Counted from the first letter of the stretch, positions 20,299 through 30,439 are shown. The stretch: DNA of 64,000 nt from a candidate division FCPU426 bacterium (GCA_963796105.1 CAWCKJ010000003.1:288001-352000), one strand, 5' to 3'. The notes: generated by a model from the sequence alone, not told the origin. Program-made: numbers and translations.

Positions 20299-21615
20299 AT
20301 GACAACGAAAAAACAGGAAAAACAACTCATGAACCTCGAAAACAGGGTCATCTACTCAGTAGCCGAACTCATCCAGACCGCAAGAGCCCTTCTGGAAGCC
20401 AAATTCCCCTATGTGCTAGTTGAAGGGGAAATCGGCGAATACACGCTCGCCCCCTCCGGCCACATGTACTTCAACCTCAAGGACTCCAAAAGCTCCCTCG
20501 CTTGCGCCTTTTTCAAGGGTAGTAACCAAGCCCTGGCTTTCAAACCGGAAGCCGGGATGAAGGTGATCGCCGGAGGAGTCCTGACCCTTTATGAGCGTAA
20601 CGGCAAGTTCCAGCTCAATGTCCGGACCTTGGAACCTAAAGGTGTTGGTGCCCTTCAGATTGCTTATGAACAGTTAAAGAAAAAGTTGATGGCCGAGGGC
20701 CTCTTCGAAGAGGAGAGAAAGAAGCCCGTCCCCGAATACCCCCATCGGATCGCCTTGATCACCTCGCCCAGCGGGGCCGCAATCCAGGACTTCATGAAGA
20801 TCCTGGAAACCAGGGTGGGAATCGAGGAAGTGGAGCTATTCCCAGTGAAGGTCCAAGGAACCGAAGCCCCTTTTGAAATCCAAACGGCTATCGAGGAAGT
20901 TTCCCGCTTGGCCTCCCACGATGTCCTGATTCTCACCAGGGGAGGCGGCAGTTTGGAAGATTTGGCCGCCTTTAATGACGAGGGAGTCGTCCGAGCACTG
21001 GCTGAATGCTCCATCCCCACCATCAGCGCCATAGGGCATGAGGTGGATTTCACCCTTTGTGATTTCGTCGCGGACCGCCGGGAACCCACTCCCACCGCGG
21101 CCGCGACCCATTTGGCCCCTGGCAGGGACGAGATCAAGGATCAGTTGGATAATCTCCGCCACCGGTTGCTGGAGGCGCTCGAAAACAACTTGGAATTGAA
21201 AAAGCGTGACTTAAGGGAACTGTTGAAAGCCTTGAGCGAACGACGTCCGGCTTTCTTGTTGGACCAGGCCCGGCAGGACCTGGATTCCCAGGCTGAGGAG
21301 CTCAAGCAACTGCTGCGGAACAATCTTGAGGAAAAACAACTTCAACTGGGCCGGTTAAAGGACATTCTAACCAGGGTCACGCCCCTGATTTTGATCAAAC
21401 CTTACCGGGAAAAGCTTCAGGGGCTCCAAGCCCAAATGGAGGCCTACCATCCCTACGGTCCCTTGAAGCGGGGATATGCCATTGTGACCCGGAAGAAGAC
21501 GGGGAAGATTTTAAGGTCGCCCAAGGGCTTGGAAGCCGGCGAAAGGCTTCAGATCCGGTTCGAGAAAGGCTCCTTGGAGTCGGATGTGGTTTCAATCGAA
21601 TCCGACGAGGGCTAA
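20299..21615 (+). CDS. xseA: exodeoxyribonuclease VII large subunit
   Basis: SGHMYFNLKD, ITSPSGAAIQD, RGGGSLEDL, SAIGHEVD, PTPTAAA, LKRGYA. Confidence 0.96.
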   Translation: MTTKKQEKQLMNLENRVIYSVAELIQTARALLEAKFPYVLVEGEIGEYTLAPSGHMYFNLKDSKSSLACAFFKGSNQALAFKPEAGMKVIAGGVLTLYERNGKFQLNVRTLEPKGVGALQIAYEQLKKKLMAEGLFEEERKKPVPEYPHRIALITSPSGAAIQDFMKILETRVGIEEVELFPVKVQGTEAPFEIQTAIEEVSRLASHDVLILTRGGGSLEDLAAFNDEGVVRALAECSIPTISAIGHEVDFTLCDFVADRREPTPTAAATHLAPGRDEIKDQLDNLRHRLLEALENNLELKKRDLRELLKALSERRPAFLLDQARQDLDSQAEELKQLLRNNLEEKQLQLGRLKDILTRVTPLILIKPYREKLQGLQAQMEAYHPYGPLKRGYAIVTRKKTGKILRSPKGLEAGERLQIRFEKGSLESDVVSIESDEG

Positions 21616-21640
21616 TCAAGACGCATTGAAGTCTTGGGGT

Positions 21641-21681
21641 AAAAAAAATCCCCCATGCTTCTTGGCGAAACATGGGGGATT
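21641..21681 (-). terminator. intrinsic terminator for skp (possibly bidirectional)
   Basis: A8-TCCCCCATG...CATGGGGGATT hairpin. Confidence 0.75.
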
Positions 21682-21723
21682 GGAAGTTTAATTTTTTATA
21701 AAGCGGTCAACAAAAGGCCGAAA

Positions 21724-22239
21724 TTACTTGTCCGTATCAACCGCCGGCAGGTCCTTGTAGCTCTTCAGGACATCTTCCGTGAGATCCACGGCGTCCCTGG
21801 CATAAACGGTCTTGTCCGAGTCCAAAATCAGGTCCACGCCCTTGTCCTTGGCGATTTTCCCGATGATCACCTTGATCTGGTCCAGTAGCTTTTCGGTCAT
21901 CTCCGTGTCCTTATCGGCCAATTCCGACTGCATCTGCTTCTGCTGGGTGGTGAAATCATCCATTTTTTTCTGGAACTCGTATTGTTTTTCCTTCTTCTCG
22001 GCCTTGGTCAAAACGGCGCTGGAGCTTTCCAGCTCGGTTTGAAGTTTTTCCAAATCCTTCTTCAGGGGAAGTAAATCCGCCTGTTTCTCCTGGATCAATT
22101 CCTTCATCTTGATGTCCCCGGCTTTTTTGCCCGGAAACTCGTTGAAGAGTTTCTTCAAATCCACCGTACCGACCTTGTAATCCTTGGCGAACGAAACCGA
22201 CGCAACCATAACACAGCACAGAAAAGTGATGAACCGCAT
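21724..22239 (-). CDS. skp: OmpH/Skp family periplasmic chaperone
   Basis: signal peptide, KVGTVD, coiled coil, IAKDKGVDLILD..VY....DLTEDVL. Confidence 0.88.
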   Translation of the reverse strand: MRFITFLCCVMVASVSFAKDYKVGTVDLKKLFNEFPGKKAGDIKMKELIQEKQADLLPLKKDLEKLQTELESSSAVLTKAEKKEKQYEFQKKMDDFTTQQKQMQSELADKDTEMTEKLLDQIKVIIGKIAKDKGVDLILDSDKTVYARDAVDLTEDVLKSYKDLPAVDTDK

Positions 22240-22663
22240 GAAAGCTCCTTTGAGAATATTTGTTTGAATTAAAACCCCTAACATGAACACCACAGACTTG
22301 CCTGTGGGCGGCCTTCCTTACAAGAAAACCAGCCGCATAAGATAACCACTGAACCAGGTTAAAATCCAGAGACTTTTTCCGGGAATCCGAAAAAGCCCGC
22401 CAGAATGAAGCTCATCTTGGACCTAATCACAAGCCGGAATTCGCCTAATGTTTTCGTTGCTTTTAATGTCTGGCGCGGTTTTAGACGCATTTGCATGGCC
22501 TGGAGGGTCATTTGTTTTCAACCTCATTGGGGTGGAATTAATCATAACCTTTTACCTATTCGTAACAATAATTGGGACCCGACACTTACTTGACGGGTCC
22601 TTCGTCAAAACCGCATACACATTCATCAACCCGTTTCAGGTTGAATTTTCAGGGAGGCATTAC

Positions 22664-23281
22664 ATGAAAAAATTATCGAGTCTCATCTTAGCGGGAAGCC
22701 TGGTGGCGGCCTTGGCCTTCAGCTTCTCGCCCGTTCTCCGCGCCCAGGACCAGGATCAGTCCCCTCAACCGGACCAGGCCAAAGGCGGAAGGTCCGCTGA
22801 AAAGGGCGGTTGGGGAAAAAGCCATATGGGCTGGGGCCCCATGGGAAAATTGGGCCTGACCGACGACCAACAAGCCAAGATGAAGGAATTGTTCAAGTCT
22901 CGTGGAGAGGACATGAAACCCCTGAAGGACCACGTCCAACTGGACAGGGATACCTTGAGGCTCCAGGTTGATTCCAACGCCTCCAAGTCCGAATTGACCT
23001 CCACGATGGAGAAGCTCTCTAACGATCAAAAAGCCCTTCGTTCTTCCCAGGAGAAATTCCAGGATAAGCTCAAATCCATTCTCACCCCCAAACAGCAGGC
23101 CCAGATGATCCTCTTCAAGGGCGGCCACCGGGGCGGTGGTTTTGGCTGCCAAAACCGCGGGGGAAAAGGAAGCTGGGGCAAACCAGGCATGGGACGCGCC
23201 CACGGTCATTGGGACAAATCCAAGAAATCAAAAAGGGATGGCTCAAAAGATACCCCAGCCCCCCCTGCCGACCAGAATTAA
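22664..23281 (+). CDS. Spy/CpxP family periplasmic chaperone-like protein
   Basis: ATG after AGGGAGG; signal peptide; two LTxxQ motifs (LTDDQ, LTPKQ). Confidence 0.85.
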   Translation: MKKLSSLILAGSLVAALAFSFSPVLRAQDQDQSPQPDQAKGGRSAEKGGWGKSHMGWGPMGKLGLTDDQQAKMKELFKSRGEDMKPLKDHVQLDRDTLRLQVDSNASKSELTSTMEKLSNDQKALRSSQEKFQDKLKSILTPKQQAQMILFKGGHRGGGFGCQNRGGKGSWGKPGMGRAHGHWDKSKKSKRDGSKDTPAPPADQN

Positions 23282-23302
23282 ATTCACTTCTCTCCGCACC
23301 TC

Positions 23303-23340
23303 CGCCTGCCGGTTCCCAAATCCGGCAGGCGTTTGTTTTT
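23303..23340 (+). terminator. intrinsic terminator
   Basis: CGCCTGCCGG-loop-CCGGCAGGCG followed by TTTGTTTTT. Confidence 0.8.
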
Positions 23341-23478
23341 CGGCGAATCAGCCTTTCCCTTGAGCTTTTGGCCGTGTGAATTGTCAAAATTTCAATTCAG
23401 GGGCCTGAACAACCGCCGGTAAATTCTTAAATTCAATCCGAGGCAGAAAAAAACTCAATTCCTAAGTTGGAGCAAACC

Positions 23479-25269
23479 ATGAGGACTGAAGCCATAAAGA
23501 ACGACCGAGCCAGGAACATCCTCGCCGCGGGCAAGGAACGGGGATTTATCACCCATAAGCAGGTAAATGATCTGTTGCCCGAGGATTCCGTTTCTTCCGG
23601 TGAAATCGAGGACATCCTCCTCTTGCTGGGGGAGAACGACGTTAAGATCCTGGAACCGGACGATCAAAACGAATCCCTGGAGGAAAAGGAGGATCCGAAA
23701 CCCGTCTCAACCGGCGCCTCTCTGCTCCTGGAAGAACCAGGGGACAACATGGATTCGGAGGAAGCCGCCGCCTTCCGGTCGGCCGATTCCGTCAAAATGT
23801 ACCTTCGGCAGATGGGGCGGACACCGCTCCTGACACGCGAGCAGGAAATCTCCACCGCCAAGCGCATGGAAGCCGGCGATTTCAAGCATGAAAAGATAGT
23901 CCTGGGTTCCTCCCTTGGGTCCCAGGTATTGCGAAACCTCCTGGACGGCATCCTCAAGAAAAAGAAAACCCTCCAGGAGAGCATCAACCTGGAGCCTTAC
24001 GACGGACTGCCTTGGGGACCTCCGGAAAAGAAAATCCTGGCCGGGCTCAGGAAGAATTTCTCCAAGCTCAGGATTTTGGAACGGAAGATCAAGATTCTTC
24101 AGGGCCGATTGGAGTTGAAGAACATGGACCCCGCGAGACGGGAGGCCTTCACCAAAAAGCTGGATGACCTTCTCATCGACCTCATCTGGCTGGTCAAGGA
24201 GTGCCAATTCCATAAGAAGGTCAAGGAAAGCCTCCTGGGATGCCTGCACGAGCCCTGCGAGGCCATCGAGAGGCATGAACAGACCATGCGCCTCCAGGAG
24301 AAGAGGCTGAAACTTTCCGCAGAGGGCTACCTTAAACTTCCCGGCGCCCTCAAGCGGGGTTTGCCGGGCGAGATCAAGGCCCTGGTGAAAAAAAGCGCCC
24401 TGAAGGGGGACGCGTTCGCCGAATCATGCCAACTCTGGGATGAGGCGAGGCGGGGGATCAAGCAATGGGAGAAAAAGGCCATGGCCGGCAGGGAACAGAT
24501 CAAAGCCATGATGAAATTGATTCGGGAAGGGGAGCGGGAGGCCTACCGCGCCCGCATGGAAATGGTGGAGGCCAACCTGCGCCTGGTCATTTCCATCGCC
24601 AAAAGGCACGTCAACCGGGGTTTGCCGTTCCTGGACCTCATCCAGGAGGGGAACATCGGCCTTATGCGGGCCGTCGAGAAATTCGAGTACCGGCGGGGTT
24701 ACAAATTCTCAACCTATGCCACCTGGTGGATCCGCCAGGCTATTACCCGGGCCGTCATGGACCGTTCCCGCACCATCCGCATCCCGGTCCATTTGGTCGA
24801 GGTCATCAACAAGTCCTTAAAAGCCTCAAGCGAGCTGGTGCAGGAACTGGGCCATGAGCCCACGGTGGATGAGATCGCGGAACGCCTGAAAATGCCCGTT
24901 GAGAAAGTCCGTTTTTTCCTCAAGTCCGCCCAGGCCCCTGTTTCACTGGAAACACCCATCGGAGAGGAGAAGGACAGCCACTTGGGTGATTTTATCGCCG
25001 ACAAAGAAGCCATAAGTCCTGAAACAGCGGCTTCCGAGACGCGGTTAAAGGAACACATTTCCGAAGCCCTGGGCAAACTCCATGAACGGGAAGCGGAAGT
25101 CTTGCGCCACCGGTTCGGCCTGAAAAACGGGGTCCCGCTTACCCTGGAGGAAGTGGGGAATATCTTCAAGGTCAGCCGTGAGCGAATCCGGCAGATCGAG
25201 GCTAAGGCCCTCAAGAAATTAAAAAGTCCCTCCCGAAACCGCGTCCTGAAGGACTATTTCGAGCTGTAA
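23479..25269 (+). CDS. RNA polymerase sigma70 factor, RpoD-like
   Basis: region 1.1; [71 protein letters not shown]. Confidence 0.93.
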   Translation: MRTEAIKNDRARNILAAGKERGFITHKQVNDLLPEDSVSSGEIEDILLLLGENDVKILEPDDQNESLEEKEDPKPVSTGASLLLEEPGDNMDSEEAAAFRSADSVKMYLRQMGRTPLLTREQEISTAKRMEAGDFKHEKIVLGSSLGSQVLRNLLDGILKKKKTLQESINLEPYDGLPWGPPEKKILAGLRKNFSKLRILERKIKILQGRLELKNMDPARREAFTKKLDDLLIDLIWLVKECQFHKKVKESLLGCLHEPCEAIERHEQTMRLQEKRLKLSAEGYLKLPGALKRGLPGEIKALVKKSALKGDAFAESCQLWDEARRGIKQWEKKAMAGREQIKAMMKLIREGEREAYRARMEMVEANLRLVISIAKRHVNRGLPFLDLIQEGNIGLMRAVEKFEYRRGYKFSTYATWWIRQAITRAVMDRSRTIRIPVHLVEVINKSLKASSELVQELGHEPTVDEIAERLKMPVEKVRFFLKSAQAPVSLETPIGEEKDSHLGDFIADKEAISPETAASETRLKEHISEALGKLHEREAEVLRHRFGLKNGVPLTLEEVGNIFKVSRERIRQIEAKALKKLKSPSRNRVLKDYFEL

Positions 25270-25303
25270 ACTCAACATTGGCAAATTTTAGGATGTTGGT
25301 TCT

Positions 25304-25396
25304 TCCCCCTCTGAAAGAGGGGGATTGAGGGGAAGTTAGCCTCTAAGTGTTACACAGTAAAAACCAATACCCCCTCCCTCCCCTTTTTCAAAGGGT
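25304..25396. repeat. BoxC/REP-like inverted pair of hairpin repeats
   Basis: CCCCCTCTGAAAGAGGGGGATTGAGGGG ... CCCCCTCCCTCCCCTTTTTCAAAGGG. Confidence 0.6.
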
Positions 25397-25563
25397 GATA
25401 ACTTTGTATATATTGAATCAGATAAATACTTGCCGAACCTGAGTAAATCACAAACACTTTTTGGATGAGCATGCAAATTGAATTATAGCCGACACTAAAG
25501 GGCGGACATATACGTCCAAATCACACGACGTTTTAAATAACACAATTTAAAAGGGAGGCATTT

Positions 25564-25728
25564 GTGAGGAAATTATTCTTGTTTTGCATTCTGGGTTTGA
25601 CCGCGTTTGTGTTGGTGACGGGTTGCGAATCCATTCCGGTTGAGAAAAGCACCACCGGCGCCGCGGCGCAAACGGCTCCCTCAGCCGCTACCACACCCAC
25701 CACGGCAGTAGCGACTCCGGCGAAGTAA
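25564..25728 (+). CDS. small 54-aa lipoprotein with Ala/Thr-rich tail (absent from ORF track)
   Basis: AGGGAGG RBS, GTG start, MRKLFLFCILGLTAFVLVTG-C lipobox, TAA 25726-25728, downstream terminator. Confidence 0.8.
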   Translation: MRKLFLFCILGLTAFVLVTGCESIPVEKSTTGAAAQTAPSAATTPTTAVATPAK

Positions 25729-25765
25729 CTCCAATAGTCCTTTCGCCTCAAAATTAAATCAGTCC

Positions 25766-25803
25766 AAAAAAGCCCCTTTGGTTTAAACCGAAGGGGCTTT
25801 TTT
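25766..25803. terminator. bidirectional intrinsic terminator
   Basis: AAAAAAGCCCCTT...AAGGGGCTTTTTT between convergent genes. Confidence 0.85.
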
Positions 25804-25826
25804 ATCAGCAGATGAACCGCTAAGCT

Positions 25827-27053
25827 TCAATAGGGGTTCGGGCCGAAGATCTCAATGATGTTTTTATCATAATCCGCGACGAAAATATTATTGTTGTAAA
25901 GCAGGACGCCATCAGGCCCCAGCAGGGGCGTGGCGCCAGCTCCACTTCCGTCAATCAAGCCCAGTTGTGTTCCGGAATTCGTGTAAACCTCCACCTGGCT
26001 GTTGTAATAATCCGCCACGTAAACATTGTTGGAGGCGTCCAGGCAAAGGCCGTAAATGCCGAAAGAAGAGGTTTCTGGCAGGTCCCAAACCCCATTGACC
26101 GAGATTGTTCCCCCGCTGGATGAAAGATTCCAAAGCTCGTTATTGTAGCCGTCCGCGAAATAAATATTGTCGCTGGAATCCAGGGCGACAGCGGAGGCCC
26201 CGATCTGGGTTCCGCCGCCGCTCCAAGATGCGATAGGTGATCCGGTGGGACCAAACTCCTCCAACATAGCGTTACCCGCGTCGGCGACATAAACATTGCC
26301 GTTTGAATCCATCGCGATGCCGTAGGGATAATAGAAGTTCGTCCCGTTATAGCCGGTCCAATATCCAAGGGTGGCAGGGACGGCGCCAGGGGAGAAGGCA
26401 TAAACCGCGGCTCCCGCGCCGGTTGTCTCATTTCCAAGCTCCAAAACATAAACCGTGGAACCGGCCGAATTGACGGCCACACCATTAGGGTATTGGAACG
26501 CGGTTGTCCCGTAACTGGACCAGGTCCATTTCAAGGTGTTTCCAACGGCGTTAAAGACCTGGACTTGTGCGATTGTCGAACCGTCGCCCTCGGCGGCATA
26601 AATGTACCCGTTGGCATAGGCGATACCGTTTGGAACGGTTACCCCAATGTTGGCGACGAATGCCGGGGTCGAGAGGAAGGTCGGAGTAATGGTGGGCGAT
26701 AAGGTAGCCGTGGGACTGTTGGTAATGGTGGGTGTCAGGGTGATCGTCGGGGTTAAGGTTATCGTGGGGGTATTGGTTGAGGTCGGGCTCCACGTGGGGG
26801 TCAATGTCATGGTAGGGGACAGGGTATTCGTCGGCGTGAGGCTTGGAGTGAGGGTAGGGGTTAAGGTCGGTGTATTGGTAGGGGTATGTGTCGGGGTGGG
26901 TGTAAGGGTATCAGTCGGGGTGGAAGTCCAACCGTTCAGGTTGGTGGGCGTCGCCGTCGGAGGAACCGGCTTTGGCGAAACACTGTATGAATTACTGCAT
27001 GCCAGTGGAAATAACATTCCCATCAAAGCCAGGGCAAGTAATAAATACCTCAT
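25827..27053 (-). CDS. NHL-repeat beta-propeller lipoprotein with Pro/Thr-rich stalk
   Basis: lipobox PLA-C; (PTxT)n linker; repeats such as [19 protein letters not shown]. Confidence 0.85.
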   Translation of the reverse strand: MRYLLLALALMGMLFPLACSNSYSVSPKPVPPTATPTNLNGWTSTPTDTLTPTPTHTPTNTPTLTPTLTPSLTPTNTLSPTMTLTPTWSPTSTNTPTITLTPTITLTPTITNSPTATLSPTITPTFLSTPAFVANIGVTVPNGIAYANGYIYAAEGDGSTIAQVQVFNAVGNTLKWTWSSYGTTAFQYPNGVAVNSAGSTVYVLELGNETTGAGAAVYAFSPGAVPATLGYWTGYNGTNFYYPYGIAMDSNGNVYVADAGNAMLEEFGPTGSPIASWSGGGTQIGASAVALDSSDNIYFADGYNNELWNLSSSGGTISVNGVWDLPETSSFGIYGLCLDASNNVYVADYYNSQVEVYTNSGTQLGLIDGSGAGATPLLGPDGVLLYNNNIFVADYDKNIIEIFGPNPY

Positions 27054-27236
27054 CAAAGCCTCCAATCGGAATAAAAAGAACGCCTACATTAGACGCTTTC
27101 CAGGCCCAAATAAGCCTTTTTATTAAAGCTCAAACCTTTTATAAGTGGCATTTCCGCATATATGTTCACCTGCGGGCAAGGGCGTGTTCCTAGTAAACTT
27201 AATTGGCAAGAGACCGGTTTTCTGGCGACATTTGGA

Positions 27237-27363
27237 GATAAACCGCCCACATCTCTGCTGGCATGGGGGATAAACTGCCCACATTCCTGCCCGCAAGTTT
27301 CGGGATTTGACGGTTTGGCACAATCGCTTCGAAGTGGCACAATCCTCGAAAAGTGGCACAATC
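27237..27363. repeat. iterated GATAAACYGCCCACAT (x2) and TGGCACAATC (x3, 19-bp period)
   Basis: direct inspection; same motifs recur at 28805-28927. Confidence 0.8.
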
Positions 27364-27488
27364 GGCCGGGATACCCCTGAGCCCACAAGGCGAAGCATGG
27401 AACGCGCCCTACAAGTTGGACAGTTGAAGCAAAAAATAGAGAATAGGGAAACGGCTCAAGGGGTAACCCCCCAAAGGAGCATTTCCAA

Positions 27489-27836
27489 ATGGGTAAAATA
27501 AGACGGAAGTTCAGTATTGATTTCAAAGAACAAGTCGTCCACGAGGTAGAAACTGGCCTATCGCTCAATGAAGCTGCTCGTCAATACCAGCTCAATCCAA
27601 GCGTTATAACCCGTTGGCGCGATAAATATCGCCAAGGAACCTTGGTTGAAAAACCTTCCCTTCACGAAAAAATATTGGAAAAAGAGAATGAGAAACTCAA
27701 AGCCAAGATTGGGGAATTGATCATGGCGATAGACCTTTTAAAAAAATTCCAAAAATACGCGGAAAACCAGAGAAAGCTCGATACCTCCGTGATCACCTCA
27801 AGGAATTTGGCTCAATTTCAAGAGGATGCCAAATGA
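27489..27836 (+). CDS. IS3 transposase OrfA (HTH)
   Basis: RRKFSIDFK, AARQYQL..S.ITRW, leucine-zipper-like tail. Confidence 0.9.
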   Translation: MGKIRRKFSIDFKEQVVHEVETGLSLNEAARQYQLNPSVITRWRDKYRQGTLVEKPSLHEKILEKENEKLKAKIGELIMAIDLLKKFQKYAENQRKLDTSVITSRNLAQFQEDAK

Positions 27837-28669
27837 TGGGGCTTCCTCGAAGTACCTATTATTCTGCACTTAAAAGTGAACCGGAGATTCAGGAACAAAG
27901 AGATTTGGACTTAAAGAACCGAATCGAGCAGGTGAGATTGACCTTCCCCTACTACGGCTATCGGAGGCTCTACCACCACTTTTTACGGGAGGGATTAAGG
28001 ATTAACGCCAAACGGATTCGGCGGGTGGTAAGGAAATACGGTCTTTACCCTATTATTTGGGGGAAAAGGTTCAAGATCCAAACCACCCAATCCAATCACG
28101 ACCTGCCGGTGTTCCCCAACCTCTTGGAAAGGGTGGCAGAAACTGCTGTCAATCAAGTGTGGGTGGCGGATATTACCTATATCCGAATCCTCACTTGCTT
28201 TGTTTATCTGGCGGCCATTCTGGATCGTTTTTCCAGAAAGGTGATCGGGTGGGCGGTTTCCAAGAGACTGGATCGGGAGTTGTCGCTTTCGGCTTTACGC
28301 ATGGCTTTAGAGGAAAGGAATCCTCTTCCGGGATGCATCCACCATTCAGACAGAGGGGTGCAATATGCCTGCTGGGATTACGTGGCCCTGCTTGAGTCCA
28401 AAGGATTAAGGATCAGCATGTCCAGGACAGGCAACCCTTACGACAATGCAAATGCGGAATCCTTTTTCAAAACCTTGAAATATGAGGAGGTGCATCTATT
28501 CAATTACGAAACTTATCAGGAAGTGCTTCAAAGACTTCCATACTTCATCGAGGAGGTGTATAACAAAAAACGGTTGCATTCTTCTATCGGCTAAATGCCG
28601 CCTGAGGAGTTCGAGGCTTTAAAGTCACTCAAACCAATCGCCGGAAAACCTATTCTCAACTTGGAGTAA
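27833..28669 (+). pseudogene. IS3 transposase OrfB (DDE) with in-frame TAA at 28592-28594
   Basis: WVADITY, HHSDRGVQY, DNANAESFF; RLHSSIG*MPPEEFE has a stop where Tyr is usual. Confidence 0.85.
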
Positions 28670-28804
28670 AAACTGTCCAAGGTTTGGGGCGCACACCAGC
28701 ATGTGATTTGGGTGTGTTGGCGCCAATATAATGGCGCCAATAACCCGGTGTCAGGAAAACTATGGTTTTATTGGCGTTTTTAATCCGTTTTATTAATCGT
28801 TTTT

Positions 28805-28927
28805 GATTGTGCCAACCGATTGTGCCATTGTGCCACTCCGTGACATGCCGGTTTTTACTGGTTTGGCACAATCGCCCCGAAGTGGCACAATCCGGCTCCG
28901 GGAACATGAGGATAAACCGCCCACATT
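28805..28927. repeat. inverted and direct TGGCACAAT iterations plus GGATAAACCGCCCACATT
   Basis: three ATTGTGCCA then two TGGCACAATC 19 bp apart. Confidence 0.8.
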
Positions 28928-28930
28928 TCC

Positions 28931-29102
28931 GTCGGTAAGCCGGGATAACCTGGTGACAGTACCGCCGGCACGGGTCGGTAAGCTGGGATAACCTGGTGAC
29001 AGTACCGTCGGCACGGGTCGGTAAGCTGGGATAACCTGGTGACAGTACCGTCGGCACGGGTCGGTAACCCAGGATAACCTGGTGACAGTCCCGTCGGCAT
29101 CT
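28931..29102. repeat. 43-bp tandem repeat, 4 copies
   Basis: unit GTCGGTAAGCTGGGATAACCTGGTGACAGTACCGTCGGCACGG at 28931, 28974, 29017, 29060; no spacers. Confidence 0.95.
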
Positions 29103-29149
29103 GTCGGAAATAGAAGCCGTTACTTGGGAACATAATTAGATTTTATTTG

Positions 29150-29168
29150 TTATTCACGGCGTGAATAA
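29150..29168. promoter_or_regulatory. perfect palindrome, putative operator of the AAA+ ATPase gene
   Basis: TTATTCACG-G-CGTGAATAA, 14 bp upstream of the ATG. Confidence 0.55.
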
Positions 29169-29182
29169 TTATTATAAATCAC

Positions 29183-30436
29183 ATGAATAACTTATCAAAA
29201 CCCCTTCCCCGTGTTTTACAGGGTAAACTTCAACAGGCTCTTAAACATTTCCCGGTTGTGGTTTTAACCGGGGCAAGGCAGACCGGCAAAAGCACCCTGA
29301 TCCAGCGTCTCCTGGACCCCAACAGGGAATACTACACGCTGGACGATATGGATGTGTTGGAGCGGGCCAAAAAGGAACCAGCCGCATTACTCCGGTCAAA
29401 CAAGCCCATAACCCTGGATGAGGTCCAACGCAGTCCTGAACTTCTTTTAACACTCAAGCGGGAGGTGGATCAGAACCGCCAGGCTGGACGGTTCCTTCTT
29501 TCGGGATCGGCTAACTTGGCCCTTATGAGCAAAGTCACCGAGTCGCTCGCGGGAAGGGCTGTTTACCTGGTCCTTAATCCATTCACTTTGTCCGAAAAAA
29601 AGGGCCAGGGCGGCTCCGGGCGGTGGGAGTTGCTTTTGGATAATCCATCCCAAACCGCCAAATCCTTTGAACCAAGCCAGGGTAAGCAAACGGTAAAGAT
29701 CGGGGACCTATTCGCCGGAGGTTTCCCCCCCATAGCTTTGGAAACGGACCGCTCTACCACAAAAGCCTGGCTGGAAGGTTACATTCAAACCTATTTGGAA
29801 CGGGATTTAAGGGCCTTATCCGCGGTATCAGACCTGGCCGATTTCAGGCGTCTCATGCGGCTCGCTGCTTTACGTTCGGGGAAAGTCGCCAACCAGAACG
29901 AGCTTGCCCGTGATGCCGGTTTAAAACAACCAACAGTCCATCGTTATTTGAACCTATTGGAGACTTCCTACGTTATCCGGAGAATTCCGGCTTATGCCGT
30001 GAATCGCTCCAGCCGGGTCATTAAAAGCCCTAAACTCTATTTCGTTGATACGGCTTTGGCGGCGGCGGGAGCTGGGGTTTACTCGCCGGAGGAGCTTGAA
30101 AAGGCCAATATGACCGGACACTTTTGGGAAACATTGGTGGTTAACGAACTGACGGCATGGAAAGAAACCGTCGATCCGAAACCTGAGATTCTCCATTGGC
30201 GCACGACGCAAAATGAGGAAGTGGATTTCATCGTTGAATGGGATGGAAAAGTGTACCCCATTGAAGTCAAGTCAGCGGAAAAGGCCAGGCTTGAGGATGT
30301 AAAACATATTCAAAAATTTTTCAAAGAATACGGAAAAACCGCTCCGCATGGATTAATTCTTTATAACGGTTCCAAATTCGAGGAGATCGCGGATCGGATT
30401 TGGGCAGTTCCAATGGGATTCGCCTTAGGATTGTAA
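29183..30436 (+). CDS. AAA+ ATPase (AAA_14/DUF4143 type) with C-terminal PD-(D/E)xK-like motif
   Basis: GARQTGKST, LDEVQ, LSGS, ESLAGR, GGFP, KSPKLYFVDT, EVDF...PIEVK. Confidence 0.9.
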   Translation: MNNLSKPLPRVLQGKLQQALKHFPVVVLTGARQTGKSTLIQRLLDPNREYYTLDDMDVLERAKKEPAALLRSNKPITLDEVQRSPELLLTLKREVDQNRQAGRFLLSGSANLALMSKVTESLAGRAVYLVLNPFTLSEKKGQGGSGRWELLLDNPSQTAKSFEPSQGKQTVKIGDLFAGGFPPIALETDRSTTKAWLEGYIQTYLERDLRALSAVSDLADFRRLMRLAALRSGKVANQNELARDAGLKQPTVHRYLNLLETSYVIRRIPAYAVNRSSRVIKSPKLYFVDTALAAAGAGVYSPEELEKANMTGHFWETLVVNELTAWKETVDPKPEILHWRTTQNEEVDFIVEWDGKVYPIEVKSAEKARLEDVKHIQKFFKEYGKTAPHGLILYNGSKFEEIADRIWAVPMGFALGL

Positions 30437-30439
30437 GCG

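Larger units (their letters stand above)
27398..28698 (+). mobile_element. IS3-family insertion sequence, 1301 bp
   Basis: IRL TGGAACGCGCCCTACAAGTTGGACAGTT vs IRR (reverse complement) TGGTGTGCGCCCCAAACCTTGGACAGTT; 3-bp target duplication GCA; TTTTAAAAAAA -1 slip site at 27736-27746. Confidence 0.93.

Noticed and set aside
22448..22663. 72-aa N-terminal extension of the Spy/CpxP-like ORF
   Set aside because: Strong RBS and signal peptide at 22664 indicate the real start; no support for the upstream part.
26647..27126. Val/Gly-rich 159-aa plus-strand ORF
   Set aside because: Antisense shadow of the Pro/Thr repeat in the NHL lipoprotein.
27316..27363. sigma54 promoters from TGGCAC
   Set aside because: No TTGC -12 element at the required spacing, and the motif is iterated in both orientations.
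28931..29102. CRISPR array
   Set aside because: Units are contiguous with no unique spacers, and no cas genes are in the window.
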